From NCBI RefSeq assembly GCF_009914755.1, contig NC_060943.1: a stretch of DNA of 64,000 bases; one strand, 5' to 3'. Under the pieces are notes generated by a model that was not told the DNA's origin, ran no database searches, and saw only the letters and a list, made by a program, of their open reading frames with translations. Source of the stretch: the human T2T-CHM13v2.0 reference genome, Homo sapiens. This document shows, piece after piece, positions 16,679 to 30,760 of this stretch. Made by a program: the position numbers and the translations under genes. Position 1 is the first letter of the stretch; the number at the start of each line of letters is the position of its first letter.

Positions 16679-17763
16679 ACTCGCAGGCTCGCCGGCGAGG
16701 GCTGAAAAAGAAACGGCCTCAGCACCACCGCTGGTTGTCACCACTGGGGTCAGGGAAGCCCAGGGACGCTGCTCAACATCCTACAACGCAAAGGACAGCC
16801 CACCAGACAACAATCTGGCCCCCAGTGTCCCTAGCACCAACCGTCCCTCCAGCAAGCTCCATAGCTGCCACTCCAGGCCAGGCAGGCAGGCGGCCCCGGT
16901 GGCCCGATTGCCCACCTGCCACCCGCTGGTAAAATCACCCCTGGGTCCTCATACGCCCTGGTCAGGCCTGGGGAACCAAAAGACAATACTGCTGGCTGCG
17001 GGGGTTCTCCCCTAGAGTCCATTCCTTCCTGGACGCGGCTCACTGAGGATGAAAAGTCGGACCGAGGAGAGCACACACTGTCACGTCTCTGAAGGTGACA
17101 CAGGTGGTCAGACGGTGCCTTCACTGCCCCACGGAAAGCCGGCTGTCTCCCATCCACCAGGAGGAGGCAGCACAGGACGCAGCCAGCGGGAGCTCCTGAC
17201 CCTCCTGAGAGGCCAGAGGAAATGAAGGCAAGCCATCCTCTGCAGCGAGGCGCCATTCTTGGCCTCCTTCTCCCTTCTCGCCTGACTCGGGGCCTCAGAG
17301 TTTCCGAGGAGAGCTGGCAAGCCCTAACAGATCAGTAGGATCCCAGGGCTCACCTGCCTAGCAGGGGTATGGGAGGCTGTCACCGACACCGGAGAGCCAG
17401 GCCTGCTTCAGGCCCATCCTTGGAAGGTTTCAAGTTCCCTTCTGTGCCCAGCCCACAGAGGCTGGCAGCAAAAACGGCAGAGGAGGCAGGCAGGGCCCCG
17501 GCCCACCCACATCCAACCCAGCACTGCCAGTTACCAGCCACGCGTACACAGGTGAGCAGCCTCCCGGCGCTGGGCCTCAGTTTCCTCATCTGTAAACTGG
17601 GAAGAGCCACTCCCACTGCTGTTTGGGGGTCACAGGCAGAGTCCGCCCAGTACTGCTGTGGTAGTGGCCAAGTCAAGAGGTAGGGACCCCAGAGCCCATG
17701 TGAGGGGCCACATCTGAAGAGCCAGAAGGAGGAGGACCCCTGCCTGACCCGACTCTGCTAGAA

Positions 17764-17867
17764 GGCTCAGGAGATACTGGGTACATGGTGGCTGGGCTTC
17801 AGGAGATATTGGGTACACGGTGGGTGGGCTTCAGTAGATACTGGGTACACAGTGGGTGGGCTTCAGG
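17764..17867. repeat. Minisatellite of about three 32-bp units
   Basis: Unit cttcaggagatactgggtacacggtgggtggg, three copies with few mismatches. Confidence 0.9.
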
Positions 17868-18697
17868 GCTCCCCATGTACCTGGGGCTGCTCCCTGAGCG
17901 CCTCTACCCCAGGACTCCTGCCCTCTACAGATGCAGTTCTGGAGAGTCGCCTGGAGCCCCAGCTGGGACGCCGCCAACAGCCCCACCCAGAACCACTGGC
18001 ACCGGGCTGCCAGATCCTGAACCCGACTGCGGGATCCCCGAGGGCAGGAGCTGTGCGCCCCGCACACACGTCTGCCGCTCACTTTGCAGTATAGGATGGC
18101 CCCTTCCCCAGGCCTGGGACTGTCCTGCTGGGGCCTGAGTCAGCCTGTGGCGCAGCACTAGCATCCCCTCAACGTGGTGCCCTCAGCCTCTGCCTCCCTC
18201 AGGAGAAGCATCATCTGGGAGCACGTTCCTGCCGGAGCTGTGAAGCCCTGAGCTGGGGCCCACCGCACCTCTGGAGAGCCCTGGACTTTCCTGCAATCCT
18301 CCCCGGAAGGGTTCCCTCTCCTGGAAGACAGTGTCCTGCCTCTCAGTAGGACACAGACTCCCTGAGACACCACAGGGAGTGCGGGGCAGTGGGCAGAGGC
18401 CTGGGTTCTGAGGTCAGATGGGAGGAAGGTGGGATCTAGCCCTGCCCACTCCACATAGACAACCGAGGCCCCTCACCTACCACCAGGCTGCAGCCAAGGC
18501 CCAGGCAGCAGAGAGCGGCCACTGGGGGGATAGTAACGCTCATTCCCAACTCACAAGGCTGGGATAGAACGTGCCCCTCTAGGCCGGGGATGCACATCCC
18601 TGCGTCCCAGGGCTACACGGTGCCCGCCGTAAGGGCTGCTGGACCATCCCTCCAAGCCACCCTGGGCAGGTCCAGCCGGCTCTGAAATGGCTGTGCA

Positions 18698-18985
18698 GCC
18701 CAGCGCGGTGCTTCACGCCTGTCATCCCAGCACTTCAGGAGGCTGAGGAGAGAGGATCGCTTGAGTCCAGGAGCTCAAGACCAGCATGGGCAACAAAGTG
18801 AGACCCCGTCTCGGCAAAAATTTTAAACATTAGCGAGGTGTGATGTCACATGCCTGTGGTCTCAGCTAGTCAGGAGGCTGAGCCAGGTGGATCCCTTGAG
18901 TCCAGGAGGTCGAGGCTGCAGTAAGCTGTGATCGCACCACTGCACTCCAGCCTGGGTGATAAAGTGAGACCCTGTCTCAAAAATT
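18698..18985 (+). mobile_element. AluJ-like element
   Basis: Alu consensus with the J-type ggaggtcgaggctgcagt segment. Confidence 0.85.
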
Positions 18986-19922
18986 AATTCATTAAATAAA
19001 ATGGCTGAGCAGGTCCAGGGATAAGAGCCCAGAAGGAAACCTGAGTCCTTCAGCAGTGCTGCTCAAGGTCGCCAATGACCCGCTGAGCCTGTGACCCAGG
19101 GCCCAGGAGCACCAGCCACCTTCCTGTTCCCGTCGCAGCTCCGCCAAGCCTCCCAACCCTGCCTGCCTTGGTGCCCTCATCAGATGCCCTCTCCTTCTCC
19201 CAGAGGCCCTGGAGGCTCCAGCCCTGCCCTGGCCAGGTGGTAGTATGGGCAAAACACGTTCCTCGATAAGCCTCCGTTTCCCCACCGGCAGCAAATAGCT
19301 CACAGGGTCACCATGCAGCGCGTGTCCAGCACAGAGCATGGCCCCACAGGTGCTCCAGGGCTAGCTGAGGGCTTTTCACCTGAACCTCTGTCCACTCTCA
19401 ATCCTGGGAGGCCAGCGTTCCTGTCTATCTCCTCTCTGGAGGCCGCTGCCCTGTGCACCCTAAAATCCCCTTGAGAAGACATGGCAAAGGCTAGATCACG
19501 CCAGCCTCTTCAAATCTCATAGGAAACTGGGTGTGTGTAAATCTGGAGGTGTGGACATGGGACATGCATCCCCCCCTGTCCTCAGAGGGCAGCCTGATGA
19601 ACATGTCACGGAGGCGGAAACAGAGGGTCAGAGAAACCTCACCGCAAGGAAGATGGATCCTGCCTTCTGCGGGGGGAGGCAGTCTTCTACCAGACAGTAA
19701 CAAGAAGCCCTACCACCCCACCAGAGATGGGAAAAGGAGTTCATTCTCACCAGCAAAAGGGAAATGCAGACACGCCATGGTAAGAGGCAGGCAGCTGCCT
19801 TTTTCCCATAGGAACGGGGGGCAGACAGGAAGACGACATCACCAAAGGGACCCTCAAAAATAAGCCTTTGGGAAACAAATGAGCCATTTGGGATGCAGAC
19901 AGATATCATAAGCCTGACTTGC

Positions 19923-20525
<603 letters not shown>

Positions 20526-21049
20526 TTATCAGGGAAATCAGAAAAAAATGCTACCTTTTCTGGCAAAACAGGAAAATAAACCTATTCTTAAATCCTAGAG
20601 AAGATGTTTCTCTTTTGCAGGAAAAGGTTCTGAGCTGAGACTGTTTCATGGTTAAAGTAAAAACAGTGCTTGAAACTCACGCCCAATGAGGAAATCTGGG
20701 ACGAAGGAAGTCAGGGGCTGGGTGAAGCAGAGAGCCACTATCAAGGGACAGAGGTAACAGGGGAGTCTGAATGACATCACACTCGATAACCCTCCCTCCA
20801 CGACTTTCCTTGCGATGTCCCTCTTTTTCTCCAATCCAAATCCCACATCTCCTCCAAGAAACGCTGCCATGACGATGAAAACCACCATGACGCTGTGAGG
20901 TGGAGTCCACCAACGTCCTCTGCCCGACCAAAAGCATGGAATTCCTCGGAGCCCACTCGAGTAAGCTTTGACTTCCTCCCTGCCAGTCATGCTGGACACA
21001 GGGCTCGACAAACACAAGAGACGATCCTCGGACCATCCTAACTCAACGA

Positions 21050-22200
21050 CTGGAGACTGAGGTGGCCGCTGCCAGAGGCGCGGCCGGAGGAAACGTCATG
21101 GAAATAAACAAGGGCGGCCACAAGCACATGGGGTCCGGGAAGCGGCGGGCGCCAATCAGGGGCAGGAGGAGTCCAGGACCTGCCTAGCGCCGGCCGCGCC
21201 CGTCTCCCGAGCCCCCTTGTGTCAGGCCCGGTGCCCGGTACTCAACATGCGCTCGCACTCCGCCCTCTAGACAGCCCTGGCAGGACGCGTCCTCCTAGTT
21301 GACATTTCACACTCGTGAAGACGAAGGCTTAGGGACATCTAGTGCTTTGCACCGGGTCCCAGGGTGGGTGGTTCCGGTCCCGACTGGGAAAACCGTCGCC
21401 CGCGAACGTGTGGGGAGGAGGCTGGGCCGAGAACGGGGACCCCGGGCGGGACCGGGGTGGGGTCCAGACCCGGGCAGGGGAGCCGAGCCCAAGGCAAGCA
21501 GGCGGGCGGGCATTACCTGCTGCGGGGGGCGCCTCTCCGCCGTCACCGGGCGCGCCGGAGCCCCGGGCCCCGCGGTGCCGGAAGTGGCAGTAGGGCCGCC
21601 GGCAGGGCCCCCCGGGCGCCCCAGACCAATAGGGGCAGTCAATGGCCCGGAAGAAGCCAGTGGAGCGTAGCATGGTCCGTCCCGCGGCGGGGCCCCGGCC
21701 CGGAGCCGCCCGGGCCCCAGGGCCCCCTCACTGGCGCCGCGGTCGCCGCCGCCCGCGCCTCACGGACCCCGCCGCCGCCATCTTGCTCCGAGGCCCCCGG
21801 AGGCCCTCGGGACGCCGCCGCAAGGGACCCCGGGAGGGGCTGCCCGCAGCGCGCCTGCTCAGAAACGCCTGCTCCTGCGCGACCAAGGCTGGTGACGGAC
21901 CCCTGGGCCGGGACAGACGGCCGCGGGAGGAAGTAAGGAGGGCAGGGGCTGCCCTGCCTGCGGTCTCCGGGAGCCTCGCCAGCGCCGCCGCCCGACCTTC
22001 GGCGGCTGTAGCGGCGCCATCTTGAGCCCCAGGCCCCTGCGGCGCCAGGGCTGTCCACGGCGCGCCTGACCAAAAAAGCCCCGCGGGGCCCGCTATTACT
22101 CATTTGCATATTATTTCCTTTCGTTAGCATATCACCTTAAGGCGCCCTCTGCTGGACGAGGAGAGTTCTGCGGGGAGGTGGCCTTAAACCTGGGCCAGGT
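21050..22200 (-). promoter_or_regulatory. REXO1: REXO1 CpG-island promoter with YY1/TISU motifs (21774-21785, 22013-22024), octamer ATTTGCAT (22102-22109) and a CTCF-like motif (22141-22156)
   Basis: High CpG density around coding exon 1; motifs read directly from the sequence. Confidence 0.85.
21517..21673 (-). CDS. REXO1: REXO1 coding exon 1 (157 nt): [52 protein letters not shown](G)
   Basis: ATG at 21673 in an accATG context; donor CAG|GTAATG at 21517/21516; joins exon 2 in phase. Confidence 0.95.
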
Positions 22201-22329
22201 GAAACTCATGGTTGAATTACTCCGTTCACAGTCTTTAAAAATCCCCTCGCCCTGGTATACAGCTGGCTCTCAAGAAACGCCTTAATCTCCCCAACCTCGA
22301 CTCTTGTCATCAGTCTAATGACCAGGTCC

Positions 22330-24620
<2,291 letters not shown>

Positions 24621-24949
24621 GAGGAGGGGGCATGGCAAGAGCAGCCTGCGGGTGGGAGGGACGCCCGGGAGGGTCGGGGTCCCAAAGGCACCAAAAGGAT
24701 GGTGCTGCTTCTGGGCACGTGTGTGTGCTGGGGGTGGGGCGTGTAATTTAAAAGCCTAATGCGAGTGTGTCCGTCAGAGAGAGGGGTGAGGCTGCGAGTG
24801 TAGACCCCATATTCTAGACATTTTGCTCCAGAGGGGCAGAAAACCAGGCAGGAGCTGGAGGGGTGCGAGAGTCCCGGGAGTGATGTTTGTGGGGCGTCCG
24901 GTAGGATGGGAGGATGGGTCGGGCAGGATTGGGGGTGCACGAGGGAGGC

Positions 24950-25620
24950 TGCCCTCGAGTAAAGCCGGGAATTTGCCGCCCAGGTTGGGGAGGGGTCTGG
25001 CGTGAGCCGGCGCCGGCCGCGCGATACGAGAGGCCGACCACCCCCTTCCCCGGGCGGGCAGCAGGCGAAGCCCCAGGGCTCAGCAGGTGTGTAGGAGTGG
25101 CCTGCCCGGCCCCATCCCAGCCCCGCCGGCCTCCAGGCTCTGGGGAGCGCTGGAGTCCACAGTGGTTTTTTCCTGGGGAGGGCCTCAAAGCTCTCACCGC
25201 CCCCTCTTCCCTATTCCCACTAGGGGAGCTGGCATACAGTAGGCGCTCAATACAGGAGCACAGGAGCCTGGGAGGCGGCCGGGGGACCCTCCGTGGAGGA
25301 GCCTGTCCCGCGCCGGCGAGCAGCCCCGGGGGCGCAGGCTCCCCCATCCCCTGCGGCACCGGAAGGGGCGGGCGGTGGACGCCCCCGGGCGCCCTGTCAC
25401 TGTGCCTCGGTTGCCAGGCAACGGGGCGGGCGGGAAGCTGGGCGGGGGGCGCAGCTGCGCCAGGCGTGGGTGACACCCGGCGGGCGCAGCGCGCGCTGCT
25501 GCAGGCAGCCCCCTCCGCGGGGCTTAGGGCTAGGGGCAGGGCATTTTGTGTCTCAGCCAGAGGGGCCTGGCCAAGACCCCCTTCACTAGCCCGCTGCCTC
25601 GGTTTCCCCACGAGGTGGAT
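24950..25620. promoter_or_regulatory. CpG-rich element just downstream of the KLF16 3' end, containing a palindromic RFX X-box
   Basis: CpG-dense stretch; GTTGCCAGGCAAC at 25410-25422. Confidence 0.55.
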
Positions 25621-25715
25621 GAACTTGGGACCACACTGGTGGGTGGGACAGAGGGATTCAGAGCGTGCCCACAGGTGGGGACTGCCACGGGAGAGACCAC
25701 ACACACGCTGGAGTA

Positions 25716-27773
25716 GGGTTTAAAAAGGGGCTTGTTTAATTAATTAAATACAAGGATGAGGCCAGGCAGGGCGGGGGAGGGGCGCCACCCACGGAAAGCA
25801 CACGCCTCTCGGAGCCGCCTCCCCTGCAAACGGCTGGAACCAGGTCCCAGTGATCAGCGACTCCTGGGAGAGTGGAGGGGTGGGCGCAGGTCTCTCCAAG
25901 CCCCTGGACACTGGAGAGGGGCCCAGTTATAGAGTTCTGGAACCCACAGCCCTACCTACCCCTGCTCCAGACAGGCCCCTGCCAGGGCTGGGGCCAACCA
26001 AGACTCACAAAGGAAAACGGGGCCCCAGTCCCCCACCCACCCCCACAGACTAAGGCATCTCACTAGCGCTGCCAGAAGAGGGTTTGAGGCTAGGGACAGA
26101 GAACACAGAGAGCCGAGGGCTGGATGGGGCAGGACCCTCCGAGCCCAGCTCCAGAAGGGCGTCCCCTGCCTCCCTCCCCCCAGGATCCCAGGCACCCATC
26201 CCTGGATCCTGCCAGGCCGGGGCTGGGTCCAGGTGCACACCAGTGCCATCCAAAGCCCCCCTGTCCCCAAGCGAGAGGCAGGACGGTTCTGGAACAAAAG
26301 GGGGTACCAAAAACCTCCTGCAGCCAACAGTGGGGGGATCCACCTTTCTGGGTCTGACATGGAACCGGGGACCCTTCTCATTCCAGGCTGGGGGTCCTCA
26401 ATACCCCCCCCAAGAGGAAATGCAACCCAGGCCACAGCAGGACGACCGCTGACAAGGACACAAAGGTGGCCCCCGAGGAACAAGTCCCCACCCCACCCAA
26501 GTTCAGCTCAGAGACCCCCCACACACACTCACACCCCCTGAGGATGCCGGACCACCCATGGGGGCCCAGAAAAAAAGGAATCCGTGCCTGAAAAAATATT
26601 CTACCCGGTGCAAAAAAAACGAGCTACCCCAGGAGGCTGCACAGCCAGCCCTCTGCTTCCAGTCCACGAGGCAAGACCTCAACCACGGGCCAGGACCCAC
26701 CTCTTCCAAGCACCCAGGAGAAGGAGGGGAGGCCAGGGAAGCAGGGCCGGGCCAGGCTGCAGCCCAGGCCCGGAAGAGCCTGCAACCCCGGCGGGCATGG
26801 GCTCCACGGCCCCACCTGCAGGCCAGGGAGGGCAGCGCAGCCCAACAGCCGCAGTCGTCGTTAAGGGAGAGTTGATTGTCACGTGATACCGCAACGGCCA
26901 AAGTCAGCAAGGCAGGGACTGGAGGCCCAAGCCCGGTGCCAGCCTCCCCTGCAGCCTCTCTCACCCACCCACCCAGAGAGGGCGAGCTAGGGCCCCCACA
27001 CCCGAGGACAGAGGAAAATAAATAAGCCAGGATTCCCTCCCGACCCCACTGAGTCAAATGTTCTTTGGAAGAACCCAGAGGTCCCCTCCCTCCCCATCCC
27101 AGGTCTCAGAAGCAACACCTGGAGCCCCTCCGGGCATCCTAACGCTGCCCCACTCCTGGCTCTACCCCCGAGGTCTGGGGGGCCAGGCAGCCCCTACCGT
27201 GGGCAGAACTTGTGGACACCTGAGATTGAGTACCCGAATGGGGGGTGGCTGGGCTGCACCCCCATTTCCCTGAACTACTCCCATGGCTTTCGGTGGGGTG
27301 GGGGTGGGGTGGGGAGAGGCAGGGGCCGTGTCAACCCCCGACTCCTCTATGGCTGTCTGAACACTTCATCCCAATCTGCAGGGATGGGGCAGGGGGTGCT
27401 TTCCCCGGGCCGGCTCCCAGAAGTCCACTCCACCCCCCCAAACCCCACCCCGGGAGGGGGGCAGCAGGGGGTGGTGGAGAGGAGAGGGGAGGACCTCCTA
27501 GCTGCCCTGGGGGGGCCCCGTTGCACAGATGGGAAGAAAGTTAGTATCATGGCTATTTACAGACACAAGCCCCCGTCACCCATCCTGAGAGCCACCTCTG
27601 AGGTCAGGCAGACCCAGGTCCAGTCTCAGGCCCCCTCCTCACTCTCTGGAGGGGGGCAGGGGTGTCTTCAGGGTTTGCCCACGGCTGGAAGGGGCCCAGG
27701 CTCCCCGTGGGTCCTCACTACACCCCTGGATGGCAGAAGCATCCTGGCGGTCAGGGTGGGCTGCACGAGGGCC
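25716..27773 (-). other. KLF16: KLF16 3' UTR (~2.05 kb)
   Basis: Lies between the stop codon and the ATTAAA signal; the lower coordinate is approximate. Confidence 0.75.
25735..25740 (-). terminator. KLF16: KLF16 polyadenylation signal (ATTAAA); cleavage expected near 25715-25720
   Basis: ATTAAA on the minus strand in an AT-rich patch, followed by a GU-rich downstream element (gcgtgtgtgtggtctct). Confidence 0.75.
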
Positions 27774-28075
27774 CTACAGGCCTGCGGGGGCTGGGCTGGG
27801 CGCGGGGCTGGGCGCAGGGCTCCCGGCCAGGCTGCAGGGCAGCGAGTCGCTGGGGGAGGTACTGCGGGCACCAGGGCGCCGGAGCAGGTCCGGGTGGAAG
27901 CCGGGGTGGCGGCGGGCGTGCTTGGCCAGGTGGTCACTGCGGGTGAAGCGCTTGGAGCACAGAGGGCAGGAGAAGCGCTTCTCGCCCGTGTGCGTCCGGT
28001 GGTGGCGGGCCAGCTCGTCGGAGCGGGCGAACTTCTTGTCGCAGCCCTGCCAGTCACAAGCAAAAGGGCGTTCCC
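27774..28075 (-). CDS. KLF16: KLF16 coding exon 2: C2H2 zinc fingers 2-3 and C-terminal tail
   Basis: Acceptor ctctccgtcCAG|GG at 28076/28075; translates [56 protein letters not shown]...PAGL*. 457+302=759 nt = 252 aa plus stop. Confidence 0.97.
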
Positions 28076-29899
28076 CTGGACGGAGAGACAGAGACAGACA
28101 GCGGGTCAGCGGGGGCGGGGGGAGATGACAGACACGTTCCAGCAGATCCCAAAGGGTGGCGGGCATTTGTCCCGTGCCGTTTTAGAGGCTGAGCTCTGGT
28201 GTGAGTTCAAAACATGGAGAAGCACAAAGAATACAACCCTTACCCGCCCCCCGGTGGCCCAACACGAGACCCTAATAAATAATCCTCTTATTTCCTACCA
28301 GCTCTTAGAAAGGACTCTCCGGCGAGCCCAGAATCTGTTAACCGTAAGTAACCGCCGCAGACCCCCAAGGCTGAAGCTCCCCAGGCCCTCGCAGCCTCTG
28401 GCCCCAGGCGGGACCCTGGCAGGGATTAGCAAAGGCCTCCCAGTGTCTGTCCCAGGCACAGGCACGCTCAGAAGGCATGCTCGGCCTTCAGGCTGTCCCT
28501 GCCCCCCACCCAGGGGCATGCAGGGGCCTCCATCTGTGCATGATCCCCTCCTTTTCCAAATGACCACCTGGGATGCAAAGGCTGGGTTAAGGGGGTACAA
28601 TCATGGCAACCTCCCTAACCCTCCTGGCCCCTCCACGAGCAAGGGGGCATGGGAGGAACCCGCAGGCACAGTCAGTCTGGGCCCCGATCTCGGGGTGTGG
28701 TTAGATGGAAGACAGGCAGGAAAGCTCACAGGGAGGGGAGGGGGCGGGGTCTCCCGGGAAGGGGCGGGGCCCGGCGGGCTGGACTCGCCCCACCCCCACG
28801 GGACAGATGGCGCTGGGCAGGGGCGGGCCACCACCCGGCCACTTCCTCCACAGTCCCCTCCCACCGCCAAGGCCGGGCCTCGCCCATCCTGCCCCTAACC
28901 AGCCGTCACCATCTGGGCCTGCCTGTGCGCCTCCAGGCGGTGTGGGTCTTTGCTCTAGAACTGTGCCACCCGACCCCTTCCTTTAGCCGGGGTCTCACGC
29001 CCACAGCATGTGGCATCGTGATGTCAGCGTCTCCCCAGCAGATAGGGGTCTCCAACGACTGGGGAGGGGCAGGTCAGTCCACCTCCACCCAGGGACCGAA
29101 GCAGGACAAAGGGCCCTGCATCCCCGAAGCTCCCACCCTTTCGGGCCCTGCACCAGGTACCCTGGACCCTGGCATTCCGGGACGTTATTCCCGTGACACC
29201 CCAGGGTGGGTTGTGTGGATGGAGACCGGATGTGCATGCCCCTCGTGGCACTGGTTGGAGCCCTGAGTAGCAAAAGAGACGTCAGAACCAACTCCCCTGA
29301 GTGGCCCCAAAGCCTATTCTCAAGGAAGCCACAGCAGGGCCAGGAGGGTAGTCACCCGGTGGGTTACAAACTGGGCAGCCCACGCCCAGCACTGGAGGTT
29401 GCTCTGGCCCTGGGAGCACTCCCACCGGTCCATGAAGAACTGCAGCCAGCCAGGGGCCTAGAAGGACCCACAGCAGGGACCATGGTGAGGGGTACAGAGA
29501 CGGCGGGAGGGGCACGGCCATGCTCAGGGTGACCGAGTGACATCTCTGCTCTAAGATCAGGGGCTGCCCTGGGGAGCCCAGCTGAGGAGGGGCACGGGAG
29601 GGTGGAGGGGTCTGCCCACTGAGGGGCACCAGCGATCACCCGTGACCCAAGAAGAGCTGGAAGAAAAAACCTTCCCTTCTCATCTCATCCTTCCTCCCTG
29701 CCACACCCCGACACCCTCAGCAAAACAAGACTGCAGACAGAGACCAGCAGCCCCCCTCCCCAAGAGGTTGTGAATCCAGGCAGCTGGAGAGGGGGAGAGA
29801 CCAGCTGTCACCAAGACCAACAGTAGCCTCAAATCCCTGGGGCTGCCTGCTCCACACCCCAAGTCTCCCCCAAGCAACCCAGGATGCAGCTGGGGTCGC

Positions 29900-30760
29900 G
29901 GGTCCGCCCCAGCTGGGGGCCGTCTACAACCCAAGCAAGAGGCGCAGAGCAGCCCTGGAAGGGACCCCACTCCCATCTCAACCACTGGGCCCTGACAGCT
30001 CCCAAGGGCCTCAGTCTGGGGACGGGGTCTGGCTGTGGGAGCGCGGCTGGAGCAGACCACGGGATTGGGGCTCGCGCCCCTCCAGGGAACATGCCGCCGT
30101 GTCGCCATCTTGCAAGGCACAGGCGGGGAGGCGGCAGGAGGGAAGGGGGAACATCCCACGGCTGGGTGCCGGACAGTCAGTTGGTTCACTTCCCCTTTCA
30201 GGGCGGCGGGGCTGGTCTCCACTCCCTCTCCCCCAGTTCCACTTTGCAAGGAGGAGCAGGTTGCCGGGGTGGGGGGGGCGACCGGGGCAGGGGCGCGCAG
30301 CCGCTGGGAACACAGCTGCCGCACGTAGCTCGGCGGCGGCGGCGGGGACATCCGCAGCCCCAGCCGGCCCCGCTCACGTGGTCCCACTCCCGCCGGGGCC
30401 AGGGGGCCCGGGCCAGGGTCGCCTCTCCGGCCTGGGTGCCTGCCAGCCCCGCCCCGCGCTTGGAGACTGAGGCGCGCACATGCGCACGTGGGTGGCGGGG
30501 CAGGGGGTGCACGGGCTACCCACCCACGCTGCGCTGGGCGAAGCGCCTCTGCGAAATGCCAGGCCCTGCCTCGCACACAATCCACTCGCAGGGAGGAGGG
30601 TGGGGTGAACTTGTGGGGGCCCAGAGCGCGCTGCTCCTAGCCAGCCGGGCCCCCAGGTGCACAGCCACCCAGCTGCTCCGCGCTACCTGGCCGAGACGCA
30701 GCGCCCTGAGGATGCGGTGGGTGGGGACAACGCGGGAGGGCAGTGTGGGCGGGGCCGCGG
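29900..30760. promoter_or_regulatory. Intronic CpG-rich regulatory element in KLF16 (YY1, E-boxes, NRF1-like, GC boxes)
   Basis: cgccatcttg 30103-30112; cacgtg at ~30375 and ~30485; gcgcacatgcgca at ~30474. Confidence 0.55.

Noticed and set aside
27210-28898. 562-aa plus-strand ORF
   Set aside because: Antisense to KLF16 exon 2 and UTR, non-ATG start, low-complexity G/P/R composition; stop codons are scarce in GC-rich DNA and opposite zinc-finger exons.
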